DNA of 53,479 nt from positions 1 through 53,479 of the forward strand of contig JAUCBJ010006358.1 in NCBI GenBank assembly GCA_032718475.1, read 5' to 3'. Under the pieces are notes generated by a model. It saw only the letters and a list, made by a program, of their open reading frames with translations. It was not told the DNA's origin and did no database searches. The DNA is from Nemertoderma westbladi (lineage: Eukaryota > Animalia > Xenacoelomorpha). The position numbers and the translations under genes were made by a program. Below, in pieces: positions 11,093 to 22,876 of this stretch; within the stretch, counting starts at the first letter, position 1, and every line of letters begins with the position of its first letter.

Positions 11093-11782
11093 GAAACTAC
11101 CCAGTAATTTTACTTTAATTGTAACGGACGACCTCGTACACCGTAACAGTCAAGTTTTTTTAATAGTATGTCCATGACCTACTATAGATACGACCCGCCA
11201 AGCTGCTGCAAAGCCCCTAAATTTGGAGGGCCAGTTATTTCTCTTAGATAAAACCCCTGAAACAATAGGTCTAGCGCGTCGAAAGTACTTGTCCATAACT
11301 AAAATTATATTCTCTTTCAAATGAGACAAATAAAAAGTTAATAGCTCCAGTAGTTTACGAGATATGAGGAGTTCCTGGCACCCATACCATTTCGGAACCT
11401 TTCGGAATTGATAAAATTACACAAAATACATTACCCTTCAAAGACTTGGGTATAACCATGAAACCATACAATGATTTTTTGATTTGTTGAATTCATTATT
11501 AGTAATCGAAAGTAAGATTAGAAGCAAAATTTTCATTTTTTTATCAATATATACCAAAGGAGCACCAAAAGTGCAAGTAGCACTTTTTTCAAACGTGGTA
11601 AATTGGCCATACAGTTTGGCTACTGAGGTTTTAGAATGTGCTGATTTCATTGGGAAGGTTTATTCCTCTACATCAAACATATCAAAGAGTTGTGTAATAT
11701 AACAGCATAGGCATGTTGTTATATTATTTATTAGTCAGTTATTTGTGCCCCTGGAGCGCGAAAAAAACAAGTAGTGGAAATA

Positions 11783-12440
11783 TGTAAGCGGATTCAATTC
11801 CCTTCATTCTCCACCCTAAAAATGGGACCAGTGGCATTTTACCAATATAGTTGGCGATACGAGATTACCACTAATAATCTCGCCTCATAACCAACTCGGG
11901 GGGGGGGGGGGGCAACACAGGCCCTAAAGCCATAGAGAGAGGTGAGAGGTCAAACCACCTCGGAGAGAGAACCCAGCTAGTTAAGGGTAGCAGCAGGGGG
12001 TAACACTTACAGGGAGTGCCAAAGTGACAATTAGTATATAAGCCAATAGCGGGCAGGGGAGCACGTGGGGAAAGATAGGAAAGCATCCATTGGGTAGCAA
12101 AAGGCCAAAGTAGAGTAGAGGTGAAACCAATATCTATGTGTATCAATCATAGAGTTATCCTGATTACTGGTTTACCGGTCAGTTCATTAATCACAGAGTT
12201 GCAGAACGGCAACAGTTTTAACCATCACTTTATACACTGCTGTTATAATTCTGTATTGCAATTCCTACCATTATTTGTTATACATTCTGTGCTATTATCA
12301 TTGGAACATTAACAACGAGAAACACAAACTCAGTTATTTTCCTGACGGCCTTCGGCCAAAGATACTAGTTCAGCAGCCCAGCAGCAAAGTGACGCGTATA
12401 ACCTAACCCGGTCGGGATCCTTGAACTCGATCCCGTCACA
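11783..12440 (+). repeat. 5' LTR of element 3
   Basis: tgtaagcgga...cccgtcaca; about 15 substitutions plus small indels versus the 3' LTR (counted by eye). Confidence 0.95.
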
Positions 12441-12450
12441 GTTAAAACTA
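12441..12450 (+). promoter_or_regulatory. Non-tRNA primer-binding site of element 3 (GTTAAAACTA)
   Basis: Directly follows the LTR. Complementary to AGTTTTAAC at 12214-12222 and TAGTTTTAAC at 21150-21159. Confidence 0.7.
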
Positions 12451-12525
12451 ACCGAGTCGAAACTAGCCAAGAAGTTAAAACTATCAAGCTTACAACTAAG
12501 ACTGTGACCGCAACACAACACTAAG

Positions 12526-15500
12526 ATGAGCAAACAGTTGCCCCGAGAACCGGAGGGAGAAAGAACGCCGCCACGGACCCCGGACGACACCAACCAAACG
12601 ATCTGAGAGGCTGCGACGAGACGGTACCGGCCAGCCACACCTGATTCGCCAACGAGGGACGATCCAAATGCCCAAGTGGAGGGCGGCCGACAACTACGAG
12701 GAGGGAAAGACAACGACGAGTCGACGCACGACGACGACGGCGGTCGAAGTACCGAAGTCGCCGGCCAGCCACAGGCCGAGGGCGACGGACGGCCTATCGG
12801 AATGGCGACGGTGGGGCGACTGGTACAATGCCGGATGAGGAGGGAAGGTAGAGTCAACGAGGAGGACGTCGGGACGAGTGATCGCCTACGACAGGTGTAC
12901 AACGCCATGAAGAAACTACTAAAAGAGGCTAAGGAGGGGAGAAAGGTAGACCAGCCCAAACTATACCAGAGGCTAGGTGAGTCGAATAAACATTTTCGTT
13001 ACTTAGTCCGTTTTGGACAGGGAGAACTGGCGAGTGAGAGAGCGAGGGGGGTCACCACAGAACTGTTTGAATTGTGGCGGTCCGAGGTAATGCAACCAGA
13101 TGTAGTGTACATAGGGCCTTACCTAGTGGATGCCAGGGGAATTAAGTTAGTGGGATGGGTGGACCCACACAATGGCGAATCCGAGATTAACCCCGAGGAT
13201 TCGGTGTCGTCGGTTAGTAAGAACCCCAGTAAACGGGGGAAAATTAGTAGGACAGAGAGGCGACGGGAGTCCGTCGCGACCGATAAGTCCGCTACATCCT
13301 CCGCGAAAGCAAGAAGGATGTTAGAGATAGATCTGGCGTGTCAACTAGACATTGTGGCGCTGGATCAAAAGGAACTGGAAAGGCAGTTAGATGAGGGAAC
13401 TGCGCTATTAGAGAGGGAGAGAGAATTAGCGAGAGAGTGTAAAGAGAGTGCCGAGAGGGAGGCGAGAAACTTTAGGGAGGGTGAGGCGAGGGAAACGAAC
13501 GAGCGCAAAGAGCGAGAGGCGAGAGAGGCAACGAGGATTGAGAGAGAAACGAACGAGCGCAAAGAGCGTGAGGCAAAGCGGGCGGAGAGGATTGCGAGAG
13601 AGGCAGAGTTAGCCGACCAAAGTATGAGGGAGGATAGGGAGAGAGAGAGGGCGGGCAGACGTATGCGGGATGATATGCATACCCGGCTGAGGGGGTTAAT
13701 GTAATAACAAGCGAAGCAAAAGCGCCGATTAGAACTGGCAAAAATGGGATTATCGGAGACTGAGGCTGGTTCGGGTAGTATTTACGAAGAACCAGAGGTA
13801 ATGGAAACCTTTGTTAATACCCCACTTACAGGTACCAAACGACAGACCCAGGACTGGTGTAATCGTACGGGCAGGGGGGGGGGGGTAATAATAATAATAT
13901 GTTAGAGAGAGTTAATATTAATAGTACCGTAATAGACAACCCTAATCAAACCTTTCTTGCAGGAAATAATGTTTTACCCGGTAACAATAACCTTAATTTA
14001 AATGTGCAAAATAACTAAATAATACAAATAATTCTGAGCAAAAGAATTTAAATAATTTGGGTAACATCAATACGTAAAACAACCCTGAAGAAATTAACCA
14101 AAATAATATCATTAGTAATAGTGTAACGAATCAGGGCGAAATTAATAATGGTGCAATTAATACAAACGTAGGGGGAACAGGTGGGCCGGCCAACGAGAGC
14201 GTGCAAGGCCACGCAGTTGCACAGGGGGAAGCGGGGGTGAGTCAACCCAACGAGAGCCTGCAAGTTAGGTGAACCGCGGCACCCGACGACAGAGATTAGT
14301 AGGGGGATTGCGAATATCCCCAGAACCGTCCAACCGGGCAGAGACAGAGACGTTGGTGCCGTGAGCGGGCAAGCGAGAAGACGTCGAGCTCAGTCGGAAG
14401 ACGGAAGAAGAACAGTGGAGTTTATCCGGGAGGTCGAAGCGAGATCTCACGAGGAGGAACACTGCACTGAAGCAAGACGAAGTCAAGAGAATCGAAGGAG
14501 CGTTGCTACGAGCAACCGGAGAGGAAGGACGGACAGTGAACCGTCGATAGTCGAGATGGAGTTAGAGAGCCGGTGGGGTCATACTCCGGGAGATTGCCGT
14601 CGCCCCGGAGAGACACAACCTGGTGAGATATACTACACACCGGGAGAAGGGTACAGGATGTACTGGTATGAGAATGAAGACAGAAGAGGGGATCGAAGAG
14701 AAACTTTCCGACGGAACGTAGCTGCTGATCGAGAATATGGTAGTCGCAGGGAGGACTTCTTGGAATATTCAAGAAGATTAAACTTCGGTCCGGAAGGACA
14801 CAGGCAGACTGCAGGACATACTGTAGGCCTTACTGCACATACTATAGGACATGCTGGGAGAGATAGTGTAGGCGATAGGGTAGCGTGGACAACAGGATTA
14901 GACCCGGAAATCGCGGCATACATACCGGTAGGTAGGCAAGAAGTGGATAGGCCTATACCGGTATCTGCACACCAGTATGACTATAACATGCAGGGATATA
15001 ATATATACCCAGGGGAGGGGGGAGCTATTGCCGATAGATGCATGGGCCCTAACATGATAACATCAACCCCAGTACCAAATATAACACCGGTGGGGGGGGG
15101 GGGGGGGGGGGCAGGGTGACATTCCCCCATTGCAATATCAGCAATACACTCAACCAAGAACAAAAACCCCAAACCCCTCAGACCCAAATAAGTCATGTGA
15201 CACGGAGATATGGAGGGGACCGTTACCCCCGATGATATATCCTAAACAAGGAAAGTGGACAGGCCCGATGGGCGAACCGTACCCAACAGCAGGGGAGTCT
15301 GCACCACAACCATCGGGCGCGCTAGAAGTACAAGCGATGGGAATGGCAACACTCATCGACGCGCTAGAGACCAGGATCGAGCCACCACCAGTGGAGCCAT
15401 TCAAATTCAATGGTAGTTAGCCGGAGGAATACCTGCAATTCCGGTGTATATACAGTAACGAAATATTAACGAAGAACTTGACGCAGGCGGAGTGCCTTAA

Positions 15501-17412
15501 ATACTTACAAGTTTACACAGGGGGGCCAGCATACGACATTGTTAGGCAGTACCAAGGTATCGAAGGGGGATTCACGACTGCATGGCGGGCCCTAGACAGG
15601 GAATTCGGGCATCCTGCAAAGATCATTCGACAAACCTTAAGGGGAATAACATCAGGCGGACTATAGGATAACCCTGTCAGCATCAAGACTTTCGCAAATA
15701 AAGTCAAAAAGGCGCTGATTGTGCTAAAGACCCTAGATGCACCTTACGAACTCAACGCATCAAATAACATCACTACAATAGAGCAGGCACAACCGATCTG
15801 GCTGAGGAACAAGTGGAGAAAGATCGCCTTCTCCACCCGGGAGAAGAAAGGTGCGGAGCCAGGGCTAGATGAGATGTCGAACTTCCTTAACTATGAGGCG
15901 GAGTTGATTACAGACCCAGTCTACAGCGACGATAGTTTGGGGAGGGTACTGAAAGCTGAATACAACAGGCCTAAACTCGAACATAATCCGGCAGATGCAT
16001 TCCCAAGTGTGAGACAGTCGCTACCGCATGCGGCCCCGCAGGGGACTTGTAGTCCACAAACAGCTGGGAGTAGAGCCACACCGTGGCAGGGGCAGAAGCA
16101 AAACAACAACACAAACAAATACAAACCCAGTACCCCCAGTAGGCCAAGTCCAAATAATAAAAACACTAAACCGCTAGGTATGAATATATGCGCGATACGC
16201 GAAGCGCTGTATAAAGAAGGCTACAATCCAAAATACAAATGCCAATTACACACAAACGCATTCCACTAGGCCATGAATTGCAGGCATTGGCAGGCGTTGC
16301 CTAAACAAGATCAGGTCGCTTACGTGGATATAAATGGACTATGTCGTTGATGCGTGGTAGAAGGACACAGATTCAGAGAGTGTAGAGAAACACCGATAGT
16401 ATACGACGAGACTGATGAGACTGGAGGCCAAACTATGGCTATAAGCACGACGGGAGCAAGGAGGAAGAGGACAGTACTACTGGGGGTAGTACCAGTGAGA
16501 AAAACAGGAGAGGATGGGCTATCGGTCACAACATTAATGTTGGTCGATAGTGGAGCAGCATTCACATTAATGGAGAGTTGGGTGGCCGAAAGGATAGGGT
16601 TATGAACGAGGCCTAGCAAGATGGCGGTAACCACTATCTCCAATAAGGACTAGGTCATGAGAATGAGCATGGGGCGTTGCGAGATATCAGCGATAACACC
16701 AAGGTGCGGCTATGGGGCTACCATCGAACCCATCCAAATAATGGAATCGATTAATATTAACGCCAGGCGACCCACGAAGATCAAGGTCGAGCAATACCGG
16801 TACCTGGATGACATTGATTTTTCCATACCAGAACTGGACGTCCCGAAAGTATCTCTCATAGTCGGCATGGACTGCCCAACAGCCCACGAGAGACTACAGA
16901 CCATTTTCTGCGATGACAGGGAGCGAGACCCAATGGCCATTCTCACGCTATTTGGATGGACGCTCACTGGCCCAATTAAGACGAGGACACCATTTGGTGT
17001 GTCCGGGACATCAGGGTGCGTGCTGTCTGGTATTGTTGAGGACATAGGGAAGAAACCAGAGATGGGCGATGGGGAGGTCCCATGTGAGAAGCGGCCCGGG
17101 GAAGGATACCAGGAGTCGGGGATGGGTATGGATCTGGAACCACGCATAGTGGAGCATGGTGAAAGGATAGAGGATAGTTCCAGAGAAATACCACCGATAG
17201 ATGAGTTAGGAGGGGAAGCAACAGCAAGAGAGTGGGCGGAGGAGAATGGGTTCAATGCAGAGGACCTAGAGGCGATGGGATGGAACAAGGATATTCCTGG
17301 TGAGTATCGTTATGAGGATGGGGTAGAGTGGACGGCGAGATGTCCGGAGGGGTGTCCGGGAGGAGACGCCGGTCCGGTTGAGAGGCATACCGAAAAGGGG
17401 GAGGTCAAATAA
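12526..17412 (+). pseudogene. Degenerate Bel/Pao gag-protease ORF
   Basis: Fragments: coiled-coil (12676-13704), Gag core PFKFNG..EYLQF..ECLKYLQVYTGG..AWRALDREFG, broken knuckle GLCR*CVVEGHRFREC, protease LVDSGAAFT, and SLIVGMD..AILTLFGWTLTGP. Interrupted by roughly ten stops or frameshifts. Confidence 0.85.
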
Positions 17413-17814
17413 GAAGACAGGGTGGAATGGGATAGGTTTTTTATTCTCCATTCTGCTTTACCTATTCTCTCGATTTCTTTTCATTCTACCGCCAGGTGAC
17501 GACAAGATGAAGGGTGGCATTTTGCTGCCAGGGGACCATGAGGAAGTCAAGAAGGCAACTGAAAGACCCGATTTTAGGGTGGAGGAGAAGGGAAGATCAA
17601 TTCCGAGAGAGTTTGAATTGACAAGGAGAATGGGGCGAAGGATAAGAGGACCTACAGGGGGGCAGTGGGAGAGTGCCTGTTGTAAGAATCGCCCTTAAAG
17701 TTTAGTCGTCCAATATATTGGACTGAGGGGGGTGGGAATGAGGGCTCCCACATATAAAAACAAAAAAATAAACAAGCAAAATAATAAAATAATTAGTAAT
17801 AGTAGTAGTAGGTA

Positions 17815-18295
17815 GTACATAGTACTAAGTAAGGTACATAGCGAGTACCATAGAACCTGTGGGCACTGAGGGCGCCATGTAGTGAGCGGAATTAAAGGGT
17901 ATGTAGGCATGCCATAGTAGTAGGGTACATAGTACCGTAGAAGTTGTGGGCACTGAGGGCGCCACGTAGTGAGTGAAAGTAAAGGGTACATAGTACCATA
18001 GAAGTTGTGGGCACTGAGGGCGCCACGTAAGAAAGTAAAGGGTATGTATGTATACCATAGAAGTAGTAGTAGGGTACATAGTACCGTAGAAGTTGTGGGC
18101 ACTGAGGGCGCCACGTAAGAAAGTAAAGGGTATGCATGTATACCATAGAAGTAGTAGTAGGGTACATAGTACCGTAGAAGTTGTGGGCACTGAGGGCGCC
18201 ACGTAAGGAAGTGAAGGGTATGTACACATACCATAGTAGTAGTAGTAGTACACAGTACCGTAGAACCTGTGGGCACTGAGGACGCCACGTGAGGA
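17815..18295 (+). repeat. Internal tandem repeat, 6 units of ~88 bp (one of 61 bp)
   Basis: gtgggcactgag core at 17859, 17946, 18007, 18095, 18183 and 18269. Confidence 0.9.
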
Positions 18296-18953
18296 ACTAG
18301 GAAGGTAGATAGGAAAATAGCACAGGCAGGGGGGAACATAGATAAAATAAAATAAAACTAAGGAAAATTGGCACTTTGGGGGTGGTAGAGAACAGAACAC
18401 AGGACATTGTGGAGCAGTGGCGATGGGCCAGCTCATGGGGCTCGTCTGCCACAAGCCGATGGACTGGGGCAAGCTCCAAGAGGAGTACGGAGCGGAACTG
18501 GCGAACTCGCTGAAATGGGGAGCAAGGCCAGGGAAGCAAGAGGTATACATATCAGTTTCGAAAGGGAGCGATTAAGATATATCAGAAGAGATATATCTGG
18601 TGTATATCTGGCCGTGGTTATCGGAAGAGAGCCAACGGCGTTTCTGCTATCAAGGATATAAGGGGAGAGGAATACGAGTTCGAAGCCCAGAACCCGGACA
18701 AGCTGAGGTAGGGATCAGAGACCTCAGGAGAGTTTCTGGAAGACGAACTGGGATGGGTGGAAGGATCACCGAAACAGTCGACATTGGGATTACAAGTAAT
18801 GCCCATACCAGGGGGCTCCGAATGCGATTTTGCAAGGAAGAGACCGAGGGAGCAGGAAGGGTGGAAGGTCACTGGTGGAAACCAAGGCAGAAAGGGACAT
18901 AGTGGATCTACCGGGTTACCGGGTTCGGATCCACTCCCAGCGAGTTCGGGGAG

Positions 18954-20000
18954 ATGCCGCCCATTGAGAGAATCGGCCACTCAGACACAGACTGGGTGGG
19001 CGGGAGAGTGGTGATGGCCAGCGGGGCGAGAGCCTTCTGGGACAAACCCAGCAAGCGGGCCTGGGAGCACGAGAAGCCGACGATGGATTTCGTGGCAAGT
19101 ACGATCAGGTTGGGCGAGCATCCAGGAATGGCACCACGGGTAGTGTTCGGGGAGACGATGCCGAGGGTGGAGGAAGACGTCGATATGGGTAGGGACCACA
19201 GCGTCCAGATGTTTGCCTATCAGCGGCTCCATAGACCCAGGAGACCGCATGGGGCAAAGGACGACTTGGTTCGGGACGCGTTGATACACGGCTGTGACTA
19301 CTGTGGGAGACTAACCCACCAGGAAAAGAGCTGTTTGTATCGATTTCAGAAGGGGACGACCTGTCTCTACTGCCGCGAGTCGACCCATAGGATGGGTGCA
19401 TGTCCGAGGCTGCACAACCGATGCTCAAAGTGCAACTTTCGAGGGCACTATGGGCGCCAGTGCGACTGGATGGATGACGAAGAGAAGTTCAAGATCTTCG
19501 AGGAGTGGGCCGACGTCAGTGTCATGACACGGCAGAGGATGAAGGCCCAGGAGTTCTGGTGGGGCTTCTTTAATATCAATCCGGGAGCCCACCAGGAGAT
19601 TATCAAGAGGAGACTGCCATTCACATATCAGGAGGTAGCGACAGCGGCATCATATGGAGGAGTCATCAACACTCAGAGATACTTGGATAGACGGTCGCCA
19701 GAAAATAGGGTCGAGTTCAGGGACTTTCTGGCGGAGCACTTGCCGCGGGCAATGAAAATGATCCTGTGGGACGCTACCAGGGGGATGCAGGAGGGACACT
19801 CGGAGGGACCACCTGCAAAGCGTTACCGGGAGTTGATAACACCAGCGCCCAAGGAACCAATGATGGGGCTTAGCAAGACGGTAATGACAAGAATGAGAAG
19901 TCTCAGGGAGGACAAGCCGGAGAGAAGGAAGCGGCCCAGACAAGACGATGACAGGGGCAAAGAACTTAGATGGTTCCCGAAGACGGGAAGAGCGAACTAG
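18954..20000 (+). CDS. Accessory 348-aa ORF with three CX2CX4HX4C zinc knuckles (may originally have started ~18420)
   Basis: CDYCGRLTHQEKSC, CLYCRESTHRMGAC and CSKCNFRGHYGRQC; basic C-terminus (RRKRPR); lies inside element 3. Confidence 0.7.
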   Translation: MPPIERIGHSDTDWVGGRVVMASGARAFWDKPSKRAWEHEKPTMDFVASTIRLGEHPGMAPRVVFGETMPRVEEDVDMGRDHSVQMFAYQRLHRPRRPHGAKDDLVRDALIHGCDYCGRLTHQEKSCLYRFQKGTTCLYCRESTHRMGACPRLHNRCSKCNFRGHYGRQCDWMDDEEKFKIFEEWADVSVMTRQRMKAQEFWWGFFNINPGAHQEIIKRRLPFTYQEVATAASYGGVINTQRYLDRRSPENRVEFRDFLAEHLPRAMKMILWDATRGMQEGHSEGPPAKRYRELITPAPKEPMMGLSKTVMTRMRSLREDKPERRKRPRQDDDRGKELRWFPKTGRAN

Positions 20001-20715
20001 AACTCAGGGACAGAGATATGGGTGTCCCTGGAAGGGACCACATGTAGGGTAAATACGAACTCCTAAGTGCAAATAATCAAGTGCAATTAGTATGTACGTA
20101 TGTAGATAATCAATTAATAACTATAAATATATAATCAATGTAAGTACTATAGTCATATATACAACCTTTTTCCAATTAGCTACTGGGACTGGGGACCAAT
20201 TGACTATGACAGGAGGACGAGACACTAGACGGATAACACTTCTTAAGTGCGATGGCATAAAGGGGAGGGTGAGGCTCGTCAGGGGTGAGTGGAGGAGAAT
20301 ATCGGTTGAGTACAATGAAAATGGGGGAAGTATGCGAAGGAGGTGTTGACATGTGAGGAAGTGAAAGGAGTGCAATTCAAGTGTGGGGAGCGAGCAGTGA
20401 GAGAGGAAGACTCCCAAGGGACCGGAGAGAGAGTAAGGGACAGTAAGGTCCGTGAGAAAGATTTGAGTAAGGTTAAAGAAAATTGTTTTGAGAGTGAGCA
20501 CAATAGTCTCAAACAGAGACACCAGATACCTTGGTGCAACATAGCTCGCGATTGCACCAAGGATGGGTAGTGATAACACACCCAGGGGGGGGGGGGCGGT
20601 CTGGAAAGCCGACCCCGAGAAAAGAATTCCACCCCACACCCAATATTAGATTGGGTTCCAGCGGAATTGAAGCGCACTTAAGGTTGATGCTATCTTCTCA
20701 CCGGGAAGATAGCAT

Positions 20716-20723
20716 GGGGGGAG
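20716..20723 (+). other. Polypurine tract of element 3
   Basis: GGGGGGAG immediately before the TGT of the 3' LTR. Confidence 0.85.
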
Positions 20724-21377
20724 TGTAAGCGGATTCAATTCCCTTCATTCTCCACCCTGAAAATGGGACCAGTGGCATTTTACCAATATAGTTGGCGATA
20801 CGAGATTACCAATAATAATCTTGCCTCATAACCAACTCGGGGGGGGGGGGGGCACAGGCCCTAAAGCCACAGAGAGAGGTGAGAGGTCAAACCACCTTGG
20901 AGGGAGAACCCAGCTAGTTAAGGCTAGCAGCAGGGGGTAACACTTACAGGGAGTGCCGAAGTGACAATTAGTATATAAGCCAATAGCGGGCAGGGGAGCC
21001 CGTGGGGAAAGATAGGAAAGCATCCATTGGGTAGCAAAAGGCCAAAGTAGAGTAGAGGTGAAACCAATATCTATGTGTATCAATCATATAGTTATCCTGA
21101 TTACTGGTTTACCGGTCAGTTCATTAATCACAGAGTTGCAGACCGGCAATAGTTTTAACCATCACTTTATACACTGCTGTTATAATTCTGTATTGCAATT
21201 CCTACCATTATTTGTTATACATTATGTGCTATTATCATTGGAACATTAACAACGAGAAACACAAACTCAGTTATTTTCCCGACGGCCTTCGGCCAAAGAT
21301 ACTAGTTCAGCAGCCCAGCAGCAAAGTGACGCGTATAACCTAACCCGGTCGGGATCCTTGAACTCGATCCCGTCACA
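20724..21377 (+). repeat. 3' LTR of element 3
   Basis: Direct repeat of 11783-12440, followed by TSD AAATA. Confidence 0.95.
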
Positions 21378-21574
21378 AAATATGATAACGAAAAATCACC
21401 ACGAAAATAAATTGCTTTTATGACCATGTTGTTTTTTTGGGATGCTGATCACGAATATGACATTTGAAAATATCGCACCTTGTTGAATACGGCTTTTTTG
21501 GATACGTGCCAAAGTCCTGATTTTATAACATTTGGGTTTTTTGGGATGCTGATCACGAATATGACACTCATAAA

Positions 21575-22876
21575 AATAAAATATCGAGAGCAAAAATATC
21601 GAGTGTTGAAAAATATCGAGAGTAAAATCATCGAGGGTTGAAAAATATCGAGTGTTGAAAAATATCGAGTGTTGAAAAATATCGAGAGTAAAAATATCGA
21701 GTGTTGAAAAATATAGAGTGTTGAAAAATATCGAGAGTAAAAATATCGAGTGTTGAAAAATATAGTGTTGAAAAATATCGAGAGTAAAAATATCGATAGT
21801 AAAATCATCGAGGGTTGAAAAATATCGAGTGTTGAAAAATATCGAGTGTTGAAAAATATCGAGAGTAAAAAAATCGAGTGTTGAAAAATATCGAGTGTTG
21901 AAAAATATCGAGAGTAAAAATATCGAGTGTTGAAAAATATCGAGTGTTGAAAAATATCGAGTGTTGAAAAATATCGAGAGTAAAAATATCGAGTGTTGAA
22001 AAATATAGAGTGTTGAAAAATATCGAGAGTAAAAATATCGAGTGTTGAAAAATATAGTGTTGAAAAATATCGAGAGTAAAAATATCGATAGTAACAATTT
22101 TTTTAAATAAGGGTTGTATGATAATTTTTTTTACTAAAAATGTTCTAGAACAACAATATTTATCAACATTTGGTAGCTTATAAGGTACGTGTTCTAATAT
22201 AATATTTAACAATATTTATAATATTTATCAAAATTTATAGCTAGCACTTCTTTTATAATATTTATTAAAAAAATAGCAAAAACTAGCTAGTATAATAAAT
22301 CTGGTAAATGGTGTACACCCAAGGTGTATTACATAATGCAATTCATTCACTTGCACTTGCACTGTTGTAACCCATGCACTGCAATATTGTTCCATAATTC
22401 TAAATAAAATGCTCAAGCAAAATGCAATATTTTTATTATCTTATTTTTATCATCTTATTTTTATTATTTGATATTTTTCAACACTCGATATTTTTCAACA
22501 CTCGATATTTTTACTCTCGATATTTTTACTATCGATATTTTTAAACTCAATATTTTTACTCTCGATATTTTTACTCTCGATATTTTTACTCTCGATATTT
22601 TTACTCTCGATATTTTTCCTCTCGATATTTTTCAACACTCGATATTTTTACTCTCGATATTTTTACTCTCGATATTTTTCAACACTCGATATTTTTCAAC
22701 ACTCGATATTTTTACTCTCGATATTTTTCAACACTCAATATTTTTACTCTCGATATTTTTCAACACTCGATATTTTTCAACACTCGTTATTTTTGATATT
22801 TTTCATCTCGCGTTATTTTCAACACTCGTTATTTTTACTCTCGATATTTTTACTCTCGTTATTTTTCACCATTACC
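21575..22876. mobile_element. Foldback/MITE-like structure: inverted arms made of 15/17-bp tandem units
   Basis: AAAAATATCGAG(TGTTG/AGT) array ~21580-22095; reverse-complement array CTCGATATTTTT ~22470-22870; ~375-bp AT-rich spacer. No TSD identified. Confidence 0.65.

Larger units (their letters stand above)
11783..21377 (+). mobile_element. Bel/Pao-derived non-autonomous LTR retrotransposon (element 3)
   Basis: Two ~655-bp LTRs with TGT/ACA ends, 5-bp TSD AAATA (11778-11782, 21378-21382), PPT, decayed gag-protease, and no recognisable RT. Confidence 0.93.

Noticed and set aside
17695-18550. Minus-strand Tyr/Thr-rich ORFs
   Set aside because: Translations of the internal tandem repeat.
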